From: an uncultured SAR86 cluster bacterium
GTDB lineage: Bacteria; Pseudomonadota; Gammaproteobacteria; Magnimaribacterales; AG-339-G14
Assembly: GCA_902536295.1 (NCBI GenBank)
Contig: CACAWS010000004.1
Location: 6,568-70,567, forward strand
DNA: 64,000 nucleotides
Direction of reading: 5' to 3'
Shown: positions 59,169-64,000 of the stretch, in pieces
How positions within the stretch are numbered: the stretch's first letter is position 1
Layout of the letters: the number at the start of each line of letters is the position of its first letter
The notes under the pieces: generated by a model
What the model was told of the DNA's origin: nothing
Databases searched by the model: none
The model's input: the letters and a program-made list of their open reading frames with translations, nothing else
Position numbers and translations under genes: made by a program

Positions 59169-60536
59169 ATGAAAAATGAGATTGATTTAAGTTACAAATA
59201 TTGTAAGGAGAATCAAATTTTATTGGAAAAAGATCAAAATCATCTGCTCATTAAATGTACTGATGACACAAAAGTTCCTGTAATTTCCTATTTGCAAAGA
59301 CACTTTAAAATGCCCATTAATTTATCAAAGATATCACAGCATGAATTCAATAGGGCTTTAGCCGAAAGTTTTTCCAATAATGCTTCTGCTTCGAAAGACT
59401 TGATTGAAAATATTGATGAAAGTATTGATCTTGATTCTCTAATTTCAAACCTCCCTAAAACTGAGGATTTGCTTGACGATAGTAATAATGCTCCAGTCAT
59501 TAGATTAATCAATGCTATTTTATCAGAGGCTATAAAAGATGGAGCTTCAGATATCCATATTGAGCCGTATGAAGAGAATTTATCTATAAGATTTAGAGTT
59601 GATGGAATATTAAAAGAAAAGTTGAATCCGAGCAGCAGAATTGCGCCACTTCTAAACGCAAGAATAAAAGTAATGTCTAATTTAGACATAGCTGAACGCA
59701 GAGTACCTCAAGACGGAAGGATGTCGTTGAAGTTAGGAGAAAAATGGGTTGATATAAGAGTTTCTACCTTACCATCTAGTTTTGGTGAGAGACTTGTCTT
59801 GAGGTTGTTAGATAAGGCTGATGCAAGTTTAGATTTAAAAGAACTTGGAATGACAGAGGAAATGACAAACGATTATTTGAATCAGCTGAAAAGTACGAGT
59901 GGAATAATTTTGGTTACTGGTCCAACAGGATCAGGGAAAACAACAACTCTTTATTCTGGTTTGAACTTTTTAAATGACCAAACGAGAAATATTTTAACTG
60001 TTGAAGATCCCATTGAGTACGCCTTAGAAGGTGTTGGTCAAACTCAAGTTAATAACAAAGTCGGTCTGACTTTTGCTCAAGGATTTAGAGCAATATTAAG
60101 ACAAGACCCTGATGTGGTGATGGTCGGTGAAATCAGAGATAAAGAAACTGCTGAAACAGCCATACAAGCAAGCCTGACGGGACATCTTGTTTTATCAACT
60201 ATTCATACAAATGATTCAGTAGGAGCCATCACCAGACTAATTGATATGGGGGTAGAACCTTATCTTTTAGCAAGTACTTTAAAAATGGTTATAGCACAAA
60301 GGCTTGTTAGGAGACTGGATGAGAATAACCAATTCTCTGGAAGAGTTGGTATTTTTGAAATGATCAAAATAGATGCTGAAATTAAAAAGTTAATAAATGA
60401 AGCAATAGATGAAGACAAGATCAGAAAAATAGCATTTAAAACCTATAAATCTTTAATTCATGATGGCGAAGATAAAGTTCAAAAGGGAATTACATCAGAT
60501 TTAGAATTAAAAAGAGTTCTCAAACAGGTTGATTAG
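59169..60536 (+). CDS. gspE: type II secretion system ATPase GspE
   Basis: 455 aa with Walker A (GPTGSGKTTT), the Asp box, Walker B (DPDVVMVGEIRD) and the His box (TGHLVLSTIHTN). Confidence 0.93.
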   Translation: MKNEIDLSYKYCKENQILLEKDQNHLLIKCTDDTKVPVISYLQRHFKMPINLSKISQHEFNRALAESFSNNASASKDLIENIDESIDLDSLISNLPKTEDLLDDSNNAPVIRLINAILSEAIKDGASDIHIEPYEENLSIRFRVDGILKEKLNPSSRIAPLLNARIKVMSNLDIAERRVPQDGRMSLKLGEKWVDIRVSTLPSSFGERLVLRLLDKADASLDLKELGMTEEMTNDYLNQLKSTSGIILVTGPTGSGKTTTLYSGLNFLNDQTRNILTVEDPIEYALEGVGQTQVNNKVGLTFAQGFRAILRQDPDVVMVGEIRDKETAETAIQASLTGHLVLSTIHTNDSVGAITRLIDMGVEPYLLASTLKMVIAQRLVRRLDENNQFSGRVGIFEMIKIDAEIKKLINEAIDEDKIRKIAFKTYKSLIHDGEDKVQKGITSDLELKRVLKQVD

Positions 60537-60538
60537 CT

Positions 60539-61747
60539 GTGGCAAATTTCTCTTATAAAGCAATTGATCATAATGGAGAAGCCGAAAATGGTTACCTCTT
60601 TGCTGAGACTCTTGATGAAGCTTCCATGGAGTTAAAGAATCGGAAACTAATCCCATTAAAACTAAAAAAAATCAATAGACGTTTTAACTTGAATCCATTT
60701 ACTTCTATAGGTTTTTCTAAATTATCGATGATTTCTAGACAGTTATCGACATTAGTTAACAGTGGAATTCCAGTTGATCAGGCATTGGACTCGGTTGCAG
60801 AACAAATTGAACCGTCACGAGTAAGAAATAAACTTAAGCAAGTATCTCTAAAGGTGAAGTCAGGATTTAAATTCTCAGAGTCGCTAGAAGAACACCCTGA
60901 ATCATTCGATAAATTGTATTGTTCTTTAGTGAAAGCTGGTGAATCCTCAGGTGAACTAGGAATTATTTTGGAAAAAACTTCAGATTTTTTAGAAAAGAGG
61001 GCAAACATGACGCAGGAAATTACTGGAGCCTTGGTTTATCCAATTATTCTTTTTTCTGTTGCTATAGGCATAATAAGTTTGTTGTTAGCTTACGTCGTTC
61101 CTGATGTTGTATCTCAATTTAACTCCTTAGATAGAGAGTTACCTTTTTTAACCAAATCCTTAATTTTTTTATCGGAAATAATAAGTAGTCCGTTTTTTTT
61201 AATATCATTAGTTACGATTCCTTTAGTGACATTCTTTTTAGTGAGACGTATTGGCATAAAAAAGGTCAGAACAATATTTGATAAGTTTTTATTAAAAGTT
61301 CCGGTAATAAAAAATTTCTTACTCGATGCTGATTTATCTAGATTTTCCAGTTCGTTGAGTTTATTGAGAACTGGAAACGTATCAATAATAAATGCTTTAG
61401 AAATCTCGGCTGATACAATTACCAATAGCTTTTTGAAATCAGAAATTAAAAAAACTTCGATTGGTGTAAGAGAGGGAGAAACTTTGGCAAGTTCATTACA
61501 AAAAGTTAGCGTGATTCCACCCTTGGCTGTTCAAATGATTCAAAACGGAGAAAATTCAGGAAAACTCGAAGAGATGTTATTTAAACTTTCTGAATATCTT
61601 GAGACTAGATTTAAAAACTCTGTAAAAATAGCGATGAATCTTCTTGAGCCTTTAGTTATTATAATTTTAGGAATATTTGTTGCCCTAATTGTACTGGCGA
61701 TTCTTTTACCGTTAATTCAACTCAATACATTTACAACGATGATATGA
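60539..61747 (+). CDS. gspF: type II secretion system inner-membrane platform protein GspF
   Basis: 402 aa with a GTG start, two T2SSF repeats and three TM segments. Confidence 0.9.
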   Translation: MANFSYKAIDHNGEAENGYLFAETLDEASMELKNRKLIPLKLKKINRRFNLNPFTSIGFSKLSMISRQLSTLVNSGIPVDQALDSVAEQIEPSRVRNKLKQVSLKVKSGFKFSESLEEHPESFDKLYCSLVKAGESSGELGIILEKTSDFLEKRANMTQEITGALVYPIILFSVAIGIISLLLAYVVPDVVSQFNSLDRELPFLTKSLIFLSEIISSPFFLISLVTIPLVTFFLVRRIGIKKVRTIFDKFLLKVPVIKNFLLDADLSRFSSSLSLLRTGNVSIINALEISADTITNSFLKSEIKKTSIGVREGETLASSLQKVSVIPPLAVQMIQNGENSGKLEEMLFKLSEYLETRFKNSVKIAMNLLEPLVIIILGIFVALIVLAILLPLIQLNTFTTMI

Positions 61748-62199
61748 AAATAAAGATAAGAAAACATAAAAATTCAAAATCTTTGGAAAAAGGATTTAGT
61801 TTAATTGAAATATTAGTGGTCCTAATGATTATTGGCTTATTAGCTGCCGTCGTTGCTATCAATGTGCTGCCTAGTCAAGACCGTGCAAGAATTGATAAAG
61901 CGCAGACAGATATAAGGATTTTAGAACAAGCCTTGGAGCTTTACAGACTAGATATGTTTTCTTATCCATCTGAACAAGAAGGATTAAAGGCTCTCATAGA
62001 GAAACCATCAAATAATAAATTTTCAGATAGATATCGACAGGGTGGCTATATAAGAAAATTAGAACTCGATCCTTGGGGCAATGATTATTTGTATGAAAGG
62101 CCAGGTAAAAACAATAATCCATTCGAGATAATTTCCCTCGGAGCTGATGGCCGTAAGGGTGGGGAAGGTCTAGACAAAGATATATCTAACCTAGATTAA
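61744..62199 (+). CDS. gspG: type II secretion major pseudopilin GspG
   Basis: 151 aa with the prepilin leader ...KGFSLIEILVVLMIIGLLA and the conserved DPWGN.Y motif. Confidence 0.92.
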   Translation: MKIKIRKHKNSKSLEKGFSLIEILVVLMIIGLLAAVVAINVLPSQDRARIDKAQTDIRILEQALELYRLDMFSYPSEQEGLKALIEKPSNNKFSDRYRQGGYIRKLELDPWGNDYLYERPGKNNNPFEIISLGADGRKGGEGLDKDISNLD

Positions 62200-62204
62200 T
62201 CTTA

Positions 62205-62555
62205 GTGAAAGGTTTCACTCTCATAGAAGTTTTAGTCTCGTTATTAATTCTTTCGATAGTCGTTGCCGCTGGCTTATCGAGTATTACTTTTTCTACTAGT
62301 AGTTATACAAAATTGAAAGATGACTTTTATTCTTCAACAATTGCTGAAAATATTCTACTTCTATCTTTCTATGACAAAAACTTTTTAACTAATAATGTCT
62401 CTTCGCAGTCTGAAATTATTATGGGAGAAACTTATATTTGGAGAAGAAATATTGATGTTGATAAGTCACTGAATTCTCTAGCTATATCTGTGGAAGTATC
62501 TTCTGATTACCAGCTTAATCCATTTAAATTAGAAATTTTTAAAACAATAAAATGA
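62205..62555 (+). CDS. gspI: type II secretion minor pseudopilin, GspI-sized
   Basis: 116 aa with the MKGFTLIEVLVSLLIL prepilin N-terminus. The size fits GspI (about 115-125 aa), not GspH (about 170-190 aa). Confidence 0.65.
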   Translation: MKGFTLIEVLVSLLILSIVVAAGLSSITFSTSSYTKLKDDFYSSTIAENILLLSFYDKNFLTNNVSSQSEIIMGETYIWRRNIDVDKSLNSLAISVEVSSDYQLNPFKLEIFKTIK

Positions 62556-63121
62556 AATTAGTACGAGGATATTCTTTGATAGAAATGTTAGTAGTCTTGA
62601 TTATTTTTAGTTTAATAGCCACGATTTCGCTAGCTTTTTTATCTTCTTCAACGAATTCTTTTTTGCAAGTTAATTCCAAGACAGAAAATTTAAAACAACT
62701 AATTATTGCCTCCGAAGTAATTAAAGAAGATTTAATTCATGTATCAAATAAATTAATCCGCGATGAATTCGGCGTAAAAAAAGAGAGTTTCTCATCGACA
62801 CCTGAAGTCATTCAAAATGGTATAGCAATCGAGTTTGTTAGAGTCTCATCTAGTGATGGGCTGGGAGATACCGGATCTATGTATAAAGTTAAATACATTT
62901 TAGAAAATGGATCCTTAAATCGATATACAAGCAATTTTTTAAACTCTGCTTATTTAAAGGATCCTTTTGAATTAATTTCAAATGTTTCAGAAATAGAAAT
63001 AATTAGTTCATTGTATTCCTTATCATCTGTGGAATTAGAAAACTTACCTAAACTTCTTACATTTAATATAAAAATAAAAGAAAATTTTTTTAAAAAAATT
63101 TTCATCGTTTCTAATGCCTAA
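62552..63121 (+). CDS. gspJ: type II secretion minor pseudopilin GspJ
   Basis: 189 aa with the RGYSLIEMLVVLIIFSLIA prepilin N-terminus. Position and size fit GspJ. Confidence 0.65.
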   Translation: MKLVRGYSLIEMLVVLIIFSLIATISLAFLSSSTNSFLQVNSKTENLKQLIIASEVIKEDLIHVSNKLIRDEFGVKKESFSSTPEVIQNGIAIEFVRVSSSDGLGDTGSMYKVKYILENGSLNRYTSNFLNSAYLKDPFELISNVSEIEIISSLYSLSSVELENLPKLLTFNIKIKENFFKKIFIVSNA

Positions 63122-64000
63122 AAAAAATCTAAAAATTAATAATGGCGCAGCGCTTCTCTTATCGCTTCTGATAACTTCTATTATATCTTTGATTGGCTAC
63201 AGACTATTTGATGCAACTATATTTACATCAGAATTAGAAAAAAGATATTTAAGTAATCAACAATCTTTACTCTTAGCCTTGAGTCTAGAAGAGTATACGT
63301 TAGACTTTATTAGTTCCGAAGAAAATAGAAATTCTTTGTCTTTGATGACAAATCGATACGATCCTTACAGCCCAATAAAAGTATCATTTGACAGGGGAGA
63401 CGTTATTGCACAGATTGAAGATAAGAGCGATTGCTTCAACATAAATGTCCTTGTAACCAATAATCAAGAGATTAACAAAAAAAACATTAACCAAGAAGAG
63501 TTAAAGTTTTTTAAAAACTTATTATTAAGTCTAGATGTAACAGAGGAAATTGTAGACACAATTTCCTCATCTCTTACTGATTGGATTGATTACGATGATT
63601 ATCCGGATAATTTTAATGGAGCAGAAGATTTTTATTACGCTAATTTAGAAACGCCTTATTTACCCTCCAACGATTATTTTAAAAGCATTACTGAGATCAG
63701 AAAGGTCAAAGGGGTTACTGAGGAAATTTATCAAAATTTAAAATCATATATTTGTACTCTTCCAATAGGTTTTAATGTGATTAATATAAATTCAATTTCA
63801 CCTCTCAAACCAGAAATTTTAGTTGCGTTGAGTGACAATAAAATAACAAATCAAGATGCAATTAATGTGATTGAACAAAGACCTCTAGAAGGTTTTCAAG
63901 AATTAGAAGATTTTTTTAATGACGAATTCGTTAGAAAAACTTTTAATTCAAAATTCGTTAAAAAAAAATTAACAACCGAACCATTTTATTTTAATTTAAA
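63114..64000 (+). CDS. gspK: type II secretion minor pseudopilin GspK (3' end outside window; not in the supplied ORF track)
   Basis: I translated from the ATG at 63114 by hand and found no stop up to base 64000: MPKKNLKINNGAALLLSLLITSII...DWIDYDDYPDNFNGAEDFYYANLETPYLPSNDYFKSITEIRKVKGVTEEIYQNLKSYICTLP...ININSISP. The GAED.YY / ...EL..V.G / ..LP..INVN pattern is GspK-like. Confidence 0.75.
   Translation, partial: MPKKNLKINNGAALLLSLLITSIISLIGYRLFDATIFTSELEKRYLSNQQSLLLALSLEEYTLDFISSEENRNSLSLMTNRYDPYSPIKVSFDRGDVIAQIEDKSDCFNINVLVTNNQEINKKNINQEELKFFKNLLLSLDVTEEIVDTISSSLTDWIDYDDYPDNFNGAEDFYYANLETPYLPSNDYFKSITEIRKVKGVTEEIYQNLKSYICTLPIGFNVININSISPLKPEILVALSDNKITNQDAINVIEQRPLEGFQELEDFFNDEFVRKTFNSKFVKKKLTTEPFYFNL

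Noticed and set aside
1-64000. Search for CRISPR arrays, long tandem or dispersed repeats, IS elements, toxin-antitoxin pairs and defence-system genes
   Set aside because: I saw no regularly spaced direct repeats and no nuclease, helicase or methylase clusters. The gene content is core metabolism, translation, envelope and secretion. The frequent A/T homopolymer runs are compositional.

Overview
This is a 64-kb chromosomal segment from a visibly AT-rich, tightly packed genome. By my estimate about 95% is coding, with many 4-bp ATGA/GTGA overlaps and divergent genes only 18-45 bp apart. The gene order is gammaproteobacterial: prfB-lysS; nrdAB; ygfZ/sdhE; rpoE-rseA-htrA-lepA-lepB-rnc-era-recO-acpS; yajC-secDF; suhB/trmJ; glnK-amtB; gspC-K. 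From memory, the rhodopsin looks most like SAR86-type proteorhodopsins, so a streamlined marine photoheterotroph is the likely source (inference). I call about 60 protein genes and 3 tRNAs (Leu-CAA, Glu-UUC, Gly-GCC). I saw no rRNA, CRISPR array, transposase, integrase or phage genes. The points most worth a second look are: (1) A self-contained unit is inserted between era and recO. It has a promoter, a leader RNA carrying what I recognise as the conserved core of the glutamine riboswitch (glnA RNA / Downstream-peptide class, so far described from cyanobacteria, cyanophage and marine metagenomes), a 53-aa basic ORF with three YRG repeats, and a strong terminator. (2) A complete proteorhodopsin has Gln at tuning position 105 (blue type) and no signal peptide. 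(3) A carotenoid-cleavage-oxygenase family gene is translationally coupled to mdh and could supply retinal. (4) A mitochondrial-type alternative oxidase lies 1.2 kb from the rhodopsin. (5) The longest non-coding stretch (383 bp, extremely AT-rich) carries two perfect inverted DnaA boxes plus a third near-perfect one, and coding-strand bias changes across it, so it is a candidate oriC. (6) prfB has its programmed +1 frameshift, the nrdA upstream region has tandem NrdR boxes plus a DnaA box, and rpoE has a sigma-E-type promoter. (7) A compact type II secretion cluster lacks gspH, and its gspK runs off the window end (it is absent from the ORF track).
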